Part shown: positions 9,803 through 19,024 of the stretch, in pieces
Position numbering within the stretch: position 1 is the first letter of the stretch
How the letters are laid out: the number at the start of each line of letters is the position of its first letter
Source: Kiritimatiellota bacterium
GTDB lineage: Bacteria > Verrucomicrobiota > Kiritimatiellia > JAAZAB01
Assembly (NCBI GenBank): GCA_026398415.1
Contig: JAPLSY010000087.1
Location: 17,826-81,825 of the forward strand
DNA: 64,000 nt
Direction of reading: 5' to 3'
Translations under genes and position numbers: made by a program
Notes under the pieces: generated by a model
What the model was told of the DNA's origin: nothing
The model's input: only the letters and a program-made list of their open reading frames with translations
Databases searched by the model: none

Positions 9803-11230
9803 GTGCGACGCACGATGAAAACGCAACACCTGCAACGGATGTTGATCGGGTTGGGGCTAATAATGGCCTTGGCGACGCCCCGGGCGTTTGCCACGGACTG
9901 GTATGTGACCACCAACGGCACCGGCGACGGGTCGGCGAGCTGGGCAAATGCCACAACTAACCTGCAGGGCGCGATAAATTCGGCAACCGACAGCGAGACA
10001 GTCTATGTGACCAACAACGCCACCTATTACCTCACGAATCAAATAACCGTCAGCTACGCTATTACGGTGCGGAGTTGGGGGCCGGGCGGAATACTGGACC
10101 CGACCAACACGATCCTGGACGGCAATTATCCCACTACGACCAACCGGCATTTTACGCTTAACAAGTACGGAGCTACGCTGGCTGGTTTTACGCTCACGAA
10201 CGGATGGGGCGAATCCGATGGTAATTCCAATACGGCCAGTGGCGGGTCAATCTATTTATCACGCGGAATAGTGACAAACTGCATTGTCATGTATAACTAT
10301 GCGTTAGGCACGAACAATGGCGGTTGGGGGGGTGGCGGTATATTGTTGATTACCGGCAGCGGGGGTGTGTGGAATTGCACAATTAGCGCTAATTCGTCAA
10401 GACAATTGGGCGGTGGCATCTACGCCAAAAACGGTGGCCCTTGGAAGATTGCAAATTGCATGGTCGCCAATAATGATTCGCGCTCAGAAGGAGCAGGAAT
10501 TAATATGGGAGCATCGGGAACGATTATCAGCAATTGTTGGATTGTCTCCAATTCCACATTTGGGAGCGCTGGCGGAGTTCGTATGAGTGCCGGAATCGCA
10601 GGGCAATGTGTTAATTCCTTTATCATAGGTAATACTGCCCGTGGCTCCTGGTCTCCCGGCGGTGGCATTCGGCCAAACTCGGGCTTGATCAGAAATTGCC
10701 TGATTGCCAGTAATGTGTCGCAATATGGAGCTGGATTAGCTATTGGCAATGCGCCGACGGAAAGTAGTTCAATTCAAAACTGTACGATTGTCGGCAACAT
10801 AGCCACTAATGGCGAGGGAGGCGGATTCGATTTAGCGGATTACAATGGTTTTGCAAAACTCGAAAACACCATCATTTGGGACAATAGCACACTCAAGGCA
10901 GGCACTATTTCCTCTAATTACTACATTAATCGCTCTGATCCGGCACTTGCGTTTGCTACCTTTACTAACTGCTGCACCTCGCCGCTAATTGTCAGCACTT
11001 ATGCTTCCGAGGTCAATACCATTACCAACGATCCGCGATTTGTGAAAACCGCAACCGATAATTACCAGTTGCAACCGGATTCGCCCTGCATCAATGCCGG
11101 CGTGAATCGGGCCTGGATGGAAGGTGCTCTGGATGTTTATGGCCATCGGCGCATTGATAATTTCCGCAGAACCGTTGATATCGGCGCCCATGAATACCTT
11201 GGTAAAGGCACAGTGTTCAGATTCCAGTAA
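9803..11230 (+). CDS. Secreted right-handed parallel beta-helix protein with choice-of-anchor Q-like C-terminus
   Basis: Repeated NCxIxxN..GGG units; 'SPCINAG...DIGAHEY'. The GTG start is shared with the paralog at 61195. Confidence 0.8.
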   Translation: MRRTMKTQHLQRMLIGLGLIMALATPRAFATDWYVTTNGTGDGSASWANATTNLQGAINSATDSETVYVTNNATYYLTNQITVSYAITVRSWGPGGILDPTNTILDGNYPTTTNRHFTLNKYGATLAGFTLTNGWGESDGNSNTASGGSIYLSRGIVTNCIVMYNYALGTNNGGWGGGGILLITGSGGVWNCTISANSSRQLGGGIYAKNGGPWKIANCMVANNDSRSEGAGINMGASGTIISNCWIVSNSTFGSAGGVRMSAGIAGQCVNSFIIGNTARGSWSPGGGIRPNSGLIRNCLIASNVSQYGAGLAIGNAPTESSSIQNCTIVGNIATNGEGGGFDLADYNGFAKLENTIIWDNSTLKAGTISSNYYINRSDPALAFATFTNCCTSPLIVSTYASEVNTITNDPRFVKTATDNYQLQPDSPCINAGVNRAWMEGALDVYGHRRIDNFRRTVDIGAHEYLGKGTVFRFQ

Positions 11231-11351
11231 GGAATAGACACCATGCGCATTATCGGTGAGTGGAACAACGATTGATCCCCCTTTTGCATCGCTAATGAAG
11301 TAGTGTTTATTACAAGAACGGTACGAAAGTTAATCAAACAAGGAGCTCATC

Positions 11352-11786
11352 ATGAGCTGGGTCCAGGAGTTCAAGCAGTTCGCCATGCGGGGTAATGTGA
11401 TGGATATGGCGATTGGTATCGTCATCGGCGCCGCGTTCGGCAAAATCGTATCTTCGCTGGTCGCGGATATCATGATGCCGCCTATCGGAAAACTGATGGG
11501 CAACGTGGATTTTTCCAGCCTGTTCATCGTGCTGGGCGCCGGCACTTATCCTTCGCTGGCGGCCGCCAAAGCGGCCGGCGCCGCGACACTTAATTACGGC
11601 CTCTTCATTAATACGGTTATCGATTTCATCATCGTGGCTTTCGCCATCTTTCTGCTTGTGAAAGGCGTGAATACCATGCACCGCAAGGAGGAAACCAAGG
11701 TCGCGCCGCCTATGCCGCCGACGCCTTCAGCGGAAGAAAAACTTCTGGCTGAAATCCGGGATCTGCTGAAACATAAAGCGGTCTGA
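11352..11786 (+). CDS. mscL: Large-conductance mechanosensitive channel
   Basis: [32 protein letters not shown] and LLAEIRDLL; RBS AAGGAG. Confidence 0.97.
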   Translation: MSWVQEFKQFAMRGNVMDMAIGIVIGAAFGKIVSSLVADIMMPPIGKLMGNVDFSSLFIVLGAGTYPSLAAAKAAGAATLNYGLFINTVIDFIIVAFAIFLLVKGVNTMHRKEETKVAPPMPPTPSAEEKLLAEIRDLLKHKAV

Positions 11787-11815
11787 CCGCCCCGCGTTAA
11801 AACATAAGGAACGGA

Positions 11816-12460
11816 GTGACCCATTGTCCAAAGTGCGGAGTGCCTGTTGACCAGGGGACCCGATTCTGCCCGGCGTGTGGAACGCCGGCCGGCGGCGCCG
11901 GCACACCTCAGCCGCACCGGTCCGGGCGAGCGCTGAAATTGTGGGCCTTGGCCGGACTGGCGTGTTTTGCCTGCCTCATCATCATGGCAATCAATTTCAA
12001 CCTGTTCCTCCGGCTGGTGGCAATTGGCGGAACAGTCCTGTTTATGCTTTCAATCGCGATGATGTTCCTGACCTTCCGGAAAGCAAAAAAGATAGCCCCT
12101 GCCCCCCTGGTCATTTCAATAATCATGAGCCTGCTTACCCTGTGGGTTTATGCGCTCTTCCTCGGCATCCATTTCAGCGGCACGGTGAAATTCATGGGGC
12201 TCCTTTCCGGCATACTTGTAGGCATCGGGTGGGCGCTGACCACACCCGTCCGGAGCAACAACGGCATAGTTGAAAGGGAAGGAAACGTCTGGTACCTGGT
12301 CGTCTGGGGCCTGGTTTTCGCGATCAACCAGCTTGCCGCTGCCATCACCGGCCGGCCGCCGCACATTGCAATGGTGCTCCTGCTCCTCGGCACGGGGATC
12401 GTGCTCGGCACCAGCGGAACTTTCATCGCAAGGTATTACTCAATGAAGGCCAGGCATTGA
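11816..12460 (+). CDS. Zinc-ribbon plus multi-pass membrane protein
   Basis: N-terminal CPKCG-x8-CPACG followed by about 6 hydrophobic helices. Confidence 0.75.
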   Translation: MTHCPKCGVPVDQGTRFCPACGTPAGGAGTPQPHRSGRALKLWALAGLACFACLIIMAINFNLFLRLVAIGGTVLFMLSIAMMFLTFRKAKKIAPAPLVISIIMSLLTLWVYALFLGIHFSGTVKFMGLLSGILVGIGWALTTPVRSNNGIVEREGNVWYLVVWGLVFAINQLAAAITGRPPHIAMVLLLLGTGIVLGTSGTFIARYYSMKARH

Positions 12461-12461
12461 C

Positions 12462-15400
12462 ATGAAAAACAGGAAATCCGGACTGCGTTCCATGTGCGGA
12501 CGATTGCTGGCGGTAATATTTCTGGCATCGTTTGCCGCATTGCCGTCCAGCGCCGAATCTTTCCTGGTGCGCTGCGGAATAGTCGGTGAACACGGTGGTT
12601 ACTGGGTCAACTACGACGGAAATCCCAAGGGGAACGGCATCAAGTTCGGGGGGGACGACAAGCTTAATTATTACTCGACAACCTGTTTTGTGAAACCAGG
12701 CGAGACCGCACGGGTGCTTATAAACCCGTATGCCGAGAGCAAGCCGATAGCAGGGCGATTCGGAGCAGGTTCCTGCGATATTGTCTTTACGGTCAATAAC
12801 GCCGTGTACGAGGGCAAGCAAGATGATAAACGGCGGGGAGACGGGTGGAAATTGCCTGTCAAGCCCGGCTGGAACAAGGCCGTGATCAAGGTCGATGCCT
12901 ATGCATATAATAACGGCAATGTGCAGCACATCGGCTCAATGAGCCAGGAAGTATCCTTCTTTGTGTTCGTCATACAGGTCGAGCGGGCAGGGCAATTAAG
13001 GTCACCGTTTTCGGGTTATCCTGAAGTCAATTCGGGATACATGATGCCGTCGCATGATGGGACGGTCTATGCCTGCCTGACCTGCTTTACGAGGCCGCGC
13101 GGCGGCGGAAGCAAGTACGCCCTGGTGCACATGGAGCAGAGCGGCCGCATAATTAAGATTTACGCGATACATCCCGATGTTTCTTCCAGCCCGGTGGCAT
13201 ATGATTCGGAAGGCGGGCTGTATGTGAATGTCATGGAAAGGATAGTCAGGTTCAATCCGGACGGGTCTTTTGACAGGTCCATTGTTTCTTTTAATGAGAA
13301 CTATGAAGAAGAAATAACCGGCCGGCATCTGGAGGAAAAGGTTTATCCGACAACAGTTAATGGCAAGAAAACGCTGACGCCTGCATACCCGGACCTGCAT
13401 CCATCTGCGTCATGCAGCGAAATGGCAGTAAACGGCAAATATGTTTACCTGGTGGCAGCGCAAAGAAAGAATTCCAGTAATTACGATGATGTTCTTTGCC
13501 GGCTTGACCTTGAGTCCGGTAAAGTTGATGTTCTTTCGCAGGTAAATGTGCTGGACGGCCCTGTTCCTGGTCCCAACGGCCTGGTGTACATGCGCTCGAA
13601 ACCCGTCAACAAAGGAAAGTCGCCGCGTGGCACGACGATGTGTGATGTCCTTGGTTTTGATGCCAACGGGCGGCCGTCGAGCAGTTTCACAATAGCCAAT
13701 GCGGGATACGATCTTGACGGATTTGATGGAGCCGGCTGCTTATACAATAGCTGTGTTGTCTCGCAGGATGGACTCAGGGAGTCGACATATATACCGGAAG
13801 GACGCCTGAGGCATGTCCGTCTATCCTCGCCTACAAGATATATCGATCTTGTGGGAGGACAGGAAGTCAAGGATAACACGCTTCAAGCACAGGGCGGTCA
13901 CTGGATGGATGGCGGGTCTTATTATTGCTTATACCGAGAGGATGGTAATATTGCCAGGTTTACTTCATTGTTCCCGGGAACCGGCAGTGTGCCACAACCG
14001 CAGCCGGCAGTCGTCAAGCTTGGCAAGAAGGGATTCTTTTCCGGAAAGGATACAGGCGCAAAGGAATCACCTGCCGAGAAAAAGCCGGCAGTCAAATCTG
14101 ATCCTGGAAACAATGCGCCGGCGGATGAGGAAAATGCCGTGGAGCAGATTCCGTCTTCCATAGGCAACGAGTGGACTCCCGCCCAAACAGATAACACATC
14201 AAATGAAGGCGGGGCAAATGCTGATAATACGGCAGGTAATGCTGCCGGAGCGGCCGCGGCAGGCGCAGGCGTGGTCGGAGCGCTGGGCGCGTTCGGGGCA
14301 TACCTGATGATGAAGGCCAACAACATGGGCCTCAAGGATGTGATCGATGGCGTGAAGGACCTGTTTGAAACCGCGAGTGCGCCGGAGCCCGAAACGCCGC
14401 GGATCCTGTTCCAGGAGCCGCCGCATAAAGATGGCGAGGTTAACGACCGGGACGAGGTGTGGAGCGACGAGGATCGCGGCTGGGTGGGCAGGAATCTGTA
14501 CGAGCAGGAAAAAGAGCGAAGAAAGAACATTGACCTGGTCAACGAAGAAGCCCTGCGCACTTCGGACAAGTCGGTAAAGGAAGCCTTTGACCAGTGGCAG
14601 GAATCGAAGAAGAAACTGGAAGACATGCGAGCGTACCAGCTGAAGGAACACAAGATTGAAGCGATGAGGCTGGAACTCGATCGCAGGCAAAGAGAATCGG
14701 ACCGCGGTGCGAGCTGGACGGAAACCATAAGCGACAACCTGGAGAGGGACTGGAAGGAATTGAAGGAAGACTGCGGGAAACTCTACGATGCGGCCACCGA
14801 CGCCAACACCTACAGCAAGATCTACGAAGGAAGCAAAGGGCTGCGAGGCAAGATCGCCGAATACGCCTGGGAAGCGGGCTCGCATCCCTGGGATACCACC
14901 ATCAAGGTGTTTTCAGCCACAGGCAAGGTGCTCGGAGAGACGGCGGCCGCCGTGTATGAAAAGCCGGAACTGATGTTCATAGCCGCAGGCAAACTGATTG
15001 AGGCTGGAATCGTTGATCCGATACTTGCCGTGACCGACAAGAACAAGCGCTTGTCGGACAGATTGCTGGCCGTGGCCAAACTTGAAGTTGATTATGCCCT
15101 CATGCCGTGGGCAACAACGAAAGTGCTGGGCTTGGCCGGTTCGATCGGAAGCAGGGTGATTGAGACGGTTGGACAGACCGGCGGCAGGATAATGAAGGTG
15201 GCTGGCAAGGCTGGTGAAAACCTTGTGGAAGGCCTGCGTGGTCTCGGGCTTGGCGAAAAAGTTGCCGAAGAAGGCGCAGAACAGATAGCAGGCAAGGGAT
15301 TGAACCCGGCACTGAGTGCCACGGAAAAACGGCTGGCGTTCCTGGAGTCGAGCGATACCCTGGCCAGGAAGGCAAAAATGATGGAGAACCTGAACCAGGT

Positions 15401-16271
15401 GGCCGACGCGCCGGAAGGCATGCGCATGTTCATGTTGAACGAGGTGCGCAAGGAAGATCCTGCTATTTTCAACCTTGTCCGGAAGGAGTTACACCCTGAG
15501 ACGGCCGCGAAAATCGGCCAAACCCTCGAGGGGTTCAACCAGGAAGCATTGAGCAAGACATCGCAGGCGTTGACCAGTAACGGTTACGTGGTTAAAGAAG
15601 TTAAACTGGCCGGAAACGTCCGCGGCGCCGACTGTGATTCCTACTGGAAGGTAGTGAAAGACGGACGCGTACTGTCCGAGGCCGAGACGCGCAAGGTGGT
15701 GGACAGCGCTAGAAAGGGCGTGTTCCAGGATGAATTCGGCCACCTCCGTTCAACGCCGGATGAACTGGGGCACAAGACCATGAACGCCAGTCCCGAGAAG
15801 TTCGCGGCCGAACCAGGTGACCTTGGCATCCAGGAAGTGACTATAAAACCCAAGCCCGACGGGACACTTGACTTTGACCAGGCCGTGAAGGCCGGACCGG
15901 ATCCGGCCAGGACAAGGGGCGTCGCACAGGCCGAACTTATGTCCGACAAAGTGGCAACTCCGGAAGTGGTGCACTCTGTCGGAGAAGTTCTGAAGACAAA
16001 AACGGATCACTTGAAAGGACTCGGGAGGCCGGCGACCACCACAGAGTTGCGTGACATGGCCAGGGAAATAACTAAAACCGGCACTCGAACGGTGGACGCC
16101 CTGACGGAAAAGACCGGGGCATCAATGACCCCGGACTACCAGGCTCTGCGGAGGCAGCTGGCGCTGGTGGCGGCCGGGGATGCGAAGGGCGGGATACTGC
16201 CAACGCTGGATAAGATAGACGCGATTCTTGCGGGACAAATAAAAGTGCTTCAAAATGCAGTTGCCAGGTAA
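12462..16271 (+). CDS. Large secreted/membrane-anchored hypothetical protein (beta-rich ectodomain, TM, coiled coil, toxin-like C-terminus)
   Basis: 1269-aa ORF starting 1 nt after the previous stop; signal peptide; propeller-like 'RFNPDGSF' segments; Gly/Ala TM; charged helical region. Confidence 0.75.
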   Translation: MKNRKSGLRSMCGRLLAVIFLASFAALPSSAESFLVRCGIVGEHGGYWVNYDGNPKGNGIKFGGDDKLNYYSTTCFVKPGETARVLINPYAESKPIAGRFGAGSCDIVFTVNNAVYEGKQDDKRRGDGWKLPVKPGWNKAVIKVDAYAYNNGNVQHIGSMSQEVSFFVFVIQVERAGQLRSPFSGYPEVNSGYMMPSHDGTVYACLTCFTRPRGGGSKYALVHMEQSGRIIKIYAIHPDVSSSPVAYDSEGGLYVNVMERIVRFNPDGSFDRSIVSFNENYEEEITGRHLEEKVYPTTVNGKKTLTPAYPDLHPSASCSEMAVNGKYVYLVAAQRKNSSNYDDVLCRLDLESGKVDVLSQVNVLDGPVPGPNGLVYMRSKPVNKGKSPRGTTMCDVLGFDANGRPSSSFTIANAGYDLDGFDGAGCLYNSCVVSQDGLRESTYIPEGRLRHVRLSSPTRYIDLVGGQEVKDNTLQAQGGHWMDGGSYYCLYREDGNIARFTSLFPGTGSVPQPQPAVVKLGKKGFFSGKDTGAKESPAEKKPAVKSDPGNNAPADEENAVEQIPSSIGNEWTPAQTDNTSNEGGANADNTAGNAAGAAAAGAGVVGALGAFGAYLMMKANNMGLKDVIDGVKDLFETASAPEPETPRILFQEPPHKDGEVNDRDEVWSDEDRGWVGRNLYEQEKERRKNIDLVNEEALRTSDKSVKEAFDQWQESKKKLEDMRAYQLKEHKIEAMRLELDRRQRESDRGASWTETISDNLERDWKELKEDCGKLYDAATDANTYSKIYEGSKGLRGKIAEYAWEAGSHPWDTTIKVFSATGKVLGETAAAVYEKPELMFIAAGKLIEAGIVDPILAVTDKNKRLSDRLLAVAKLEVDYALMPWATTKVLGLAGSIGSRVIETVGQTGGRIMKVAGKAGENLVEGLRGLGLGEKVAEEGAEQIAGKGLNPALSATEKRLAFLESSDTLARKAKMMENLNQVADAPEGMRMFMLNEVRKEDPAIFNLVRKELHPETAAKIGQTLEGFNQEALSKTSQALTSNGYVVKEVKLAGNVRGADCDSYWKVVKDGRVLSEAETRKVVDSARKGVFQDEFGHLRSTPDELGHKTMNASPEKFAAEPGDLGIQEVTIKPKPDGTLDFDQAVKAGPDPARTRGVAQAELMSDKVATPEVVHSVGEVLKTKTDHLKGLGRPATTTELRDMAREITKTGTRTVDALTEKTGASMTPDYQALRRQLALVAAGDAKGGILPTLDKIDAILAGQIKVLQNAVAR

Positions 16272-16325
16272 CATGGTCGGCAGGTGGAAGGAAACAATCC
16301 AGCAGACTGCCGGGGAGGATGAGCG

Positions 16326-17417
16326 ATGTTTAGAATTGGCATGACAATATCAGGGTTTCTTGGAAGTTGCGAGAAGGCCGGGCTCAAACCGTCGGCGTTA
16401 TCTCCGGCAAAATTACTCCTGGATCAGTTCGGAAAGGGAATGGAACCCGATCGGAGCGATTTCGCCTTACCCGTGCCGGCTGAGGAGTTTGCGAAGACCA
16501 TGCAAACACTGCTCCAGCCGGATCATGTCATTGCCGCGAGATATGGCGGGCATATGGCTGATCCGCAGGAAGTGCGCTTTGCTTTCGCAAGGATCGAAAC
16601 CGCCGCACATATTGCGGCGATCTCGCCACTGGCGCCTGCCAGGGTATTCATTGAGTCTTTTGACGGCACGGACGGATGGATGGAATGGATCCTGGACCGT
16701 GTGGATCCTCTTAGACTGGCCGCAAGTAGAGGTCAGGCCGCAACGGGTAAACTGACCTGGGTTCAACTCCTGTATTTTCTCCATTCCGTCGACATGTACA
16801 GGAGATGCTACTACCGGTCGATGCTGGATCAGGCGCCGGTGGACGAGTTTGAGTTCTCGGAGACGGAATATCTTGAGGATCTACAGAATTCTGTTTTGTC
16901 GGCGGACTGGCGCTGGCTTGTGCCTTGCCTGATGAGCATGGTTCCCAGGGCCGTGCCTGATTCGGTTCTTGGACTGAAAAACCAGTTCGACTGTTTGAAA
17001 GAATACGGGGTGATAACCGGATCCAAATCGGGGCTCATGAAATTCACCGACCACGGGCAGAATCTCGGGCTGGAATTCATGCTTCAATGGGTGTCCGCGC
17101 TCGGGCTGGAGATATGCAGGGGAGACGGGAAGCAGGCGGAGGAAAGCAGGCTTTTCGTATTGGGCACGAACAAGGGGGCGCACCTGTTTGAATTTGAGAA
17201 GAATGAAATCAGCTACACGGTCGCAGGCGGGCAAGGAGTAAAGGAGTGCCTGAATAGACTTCTGAACAGGTTGGGCCCGCTGCCCAAAGCCGCGGCCGTG
17301 AAGCAATCCACACCGCCGCCCCTTGAATCTGTGCCCGACAGACAATTCTGTTCGCAGTGCGGAAAGCCGCTCGCGCTAAAGGGCCGCTTCTGCCCGGCCT
17401 GCGGTGCCGCGGCCTGA
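16326..17417 (+). CDS. Hypothetical protein with C-terminal zinc ribbon
   Basis: RBS GGGGAGGA; ends in FCSQCG-x8-CPACG. Confidence 0.75.
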   Translation: MFRIGMTISGFLGSCEKAGLKPSALSPAKLLLDQFGKGMEPDRSDFALPVPAEEFAKTMQTLLQPDHVIAARYGGHMADPQEVRFAFARIETAAHIAAISPLAPARVFIESFDGTDGWMEWILDRVDPLRLAASRGQAATGKLTWVQLLYFLHSVDMYRRCYYRSMLDQAPVDEFEFSETEYLEDLQNSVLSADWRWLVPCLMSMVPRAVPDSVLGLKNQFDCLKEYGVITGSKSGLMKFTDHGQNLGLEFMLQWVSALGLEICRGDGKQAEESRLFVLGTNKGAHLFEFEKNEISYTVAGGQGVKECLNRLLNRLGPLPKAAAVKQSTPPPLESVPDRQFCSQCGKPLALKGRFCPACGAAA

Positions 17418-18587
17418 TTATTCGGTCGATTTCTCTGTCGCGGTGAACCGAAAAGTGCCGATCAGGTGGACCATCACAAAATAGTATTTCTTGAACAGCT
17501 TCTTCGGCGCGGTATAGCTGATCATGTAATAATACGGCTCACGGTCGATTATCGCCTGCATCTGCTGGAATGCCTGTCCACTTGGCATCTCAAAACGGGC
17601 GACCATGTAAAAAGCCTTTTTCCCGCTCAAGTCGCCCTGGTCGGTCTTGTCCAGCTCGAACTCATCCATGGTTTTCCATTGCGACAGTATTTTATCGGCT
17701 TCGCTTCTGACCGTGCTGCCGGGTTTCTTGTTGATGATCTGGAAATTAACCGTAGTGTCATATTCTTCGGTGCCCTTGGCCCCGCAAAAGATATGCGCGT
17801 TGTCCTTGACCTCCGATTCCCAGTGCGCCGGAAGCTCGGCAACAAACCCGAACTTCTTATTCACGTACTTATCGTACTTGAGCCCCGCGGGGCCGGCAGC
17901 GGCCTCTTCGCCCGATTTAGGATTCCAATCCTTCAGGGGCGACCCTGCCGGATAATCCTGCTTATCCATTCCGGAATTATTATTTGCGGTTCCTGACCCC
18001 ACCCCGGCGGAAACGTCCTTCCCGGGTAGCTTGAGGTCAGGCAGTTCCGCCCCCGGCTTGGGACTAACCGGGATATCTGTGTTCACCAAACCATTAATAT
18101 CCCGCTTCTTGCCGTCGCCGGATGACCCGATGATGGCAAGGATAATGATTATGCCGAGGACACCTAACGCAACCAGCACAAGCGGCAGGCATCCCTTCTT
18201 CCGCGCAGGCTTCCCCGCTGAAATCGCATCCTTCACCGGCGCCCCGCATCCAGCACAGAATTTGGCGCCCGGCTTGATTTCCGCTCCGCAGGCGGAACAC
18301 TTGTTTACGGACGGCTGCCCGCAGGGCGCCCCACAGCTGCCACAGAACCTGGCGCCAGGCTTAAGCGCGGCTCCGCATTTCGAGCAGGCAAGGGCATGGC
18401 CGGAGGTATGCCCCGTTACCGCCGCCACGGCATTCTTGATGTCCTGTTTGGTTACAAGCTCCTTGTCCGCATTGTAAACGCCATCCATCAGGAATTCCGC
18501 AGGCATGTCCTTCGCACTCGTGTAAGTCCCCGTCTTGGTGCCAAACCTGAGGATTCCGAGTTTTCTAAGAATATCGATAAAACTCAT
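17418..18587 (-). CDS. Double zinc-ribbon, single-TM, PsbP-like domain protein
   Basis: Two CxxCG..FCxxCG ribbons; TM LPLVLVALGVLGIIIILAII; PsbP-like 'YVNKKFGFVAELPAHW...YMISYTAP'; RBS AAGGAG. Confidence 0.75.
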   Translation of the reverse strand: MSFIDILRKLGILRFGTKTGTYTSAKDMPAEFLMDGVYNADKELVTKQDIKNAVAAVTGHTSGHALACSKCGAALKPGARFCGSCGAPCGQPSVNKCSACGAEIKPGAKFCAGCGAPVKDAISAGKPARKKGCLPLVLVALGVLGIIIILAIIGSSGDGKKRDINGLVNTDIPVSPKPGAELPDLKLPGKDVSAGVGSGTANNNSGMDKQDYPAGSPLKDWNPKSGEEAAAGPAGLKYDKYVNKKFGFVAELPAHWESEVKDNAHIFCGAKGTEEYDTTVNFQIINKKPGSTVRSEADKILSQWKTMDEFELDKTDQGDLSGKKAFYMVARFEMPSGQAFQQMQAIIDREPYYYMISYTAPKKLFKKYYFVMVHLIGTFRFTATEKSTE

Positions 18588-18879
18588 ACCTGCTCCTTTG
18601 CCTGCAATGCGATTAAATCAGGACAATTGGCGCAGCATCATCGCCAAACGACGATGCCACGTTCTTAATTTCTGCATGCGGTTTGCTGCGCCAGAAGCTT
18701 CTTCAACCCCGCCAGGCATTTCTCGGCGGAGCCTGGCCGGTTTTGAAATAATTACACTTCACACACTAAGCCGACAGCACTCTCTTTAATAGCCTCCTCT
18801 TTTCTTATCGTTTGTCAAGATGGCAATGGATTTTCAACCGGCGGAACTTGGCAAACTGACGAACGAGATAATATCCCGG

Positions 18880-18908
18880 TTGACCCTTTGCCGGGACGGG
18901 TATAGCAT
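18880..18908 (+). promoter_or_regulatory. Putative sigma70 promoter for the beta-helix/FG-GAP gene
   Basis: TTGACC-N17-TAGCAT. Confidence 0.45.
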
Positions 18909-19024
18909 TAAACTTTAAAGGAATAATGCCGGCTAAGTTCGTACTGCGTTGTTTCTAAACTGGTGTCATTGTTCGGAAAACAAAGCGACGTAATATTAGT
19001 GCTTTGTTACCAGAGGAGGGCGTT

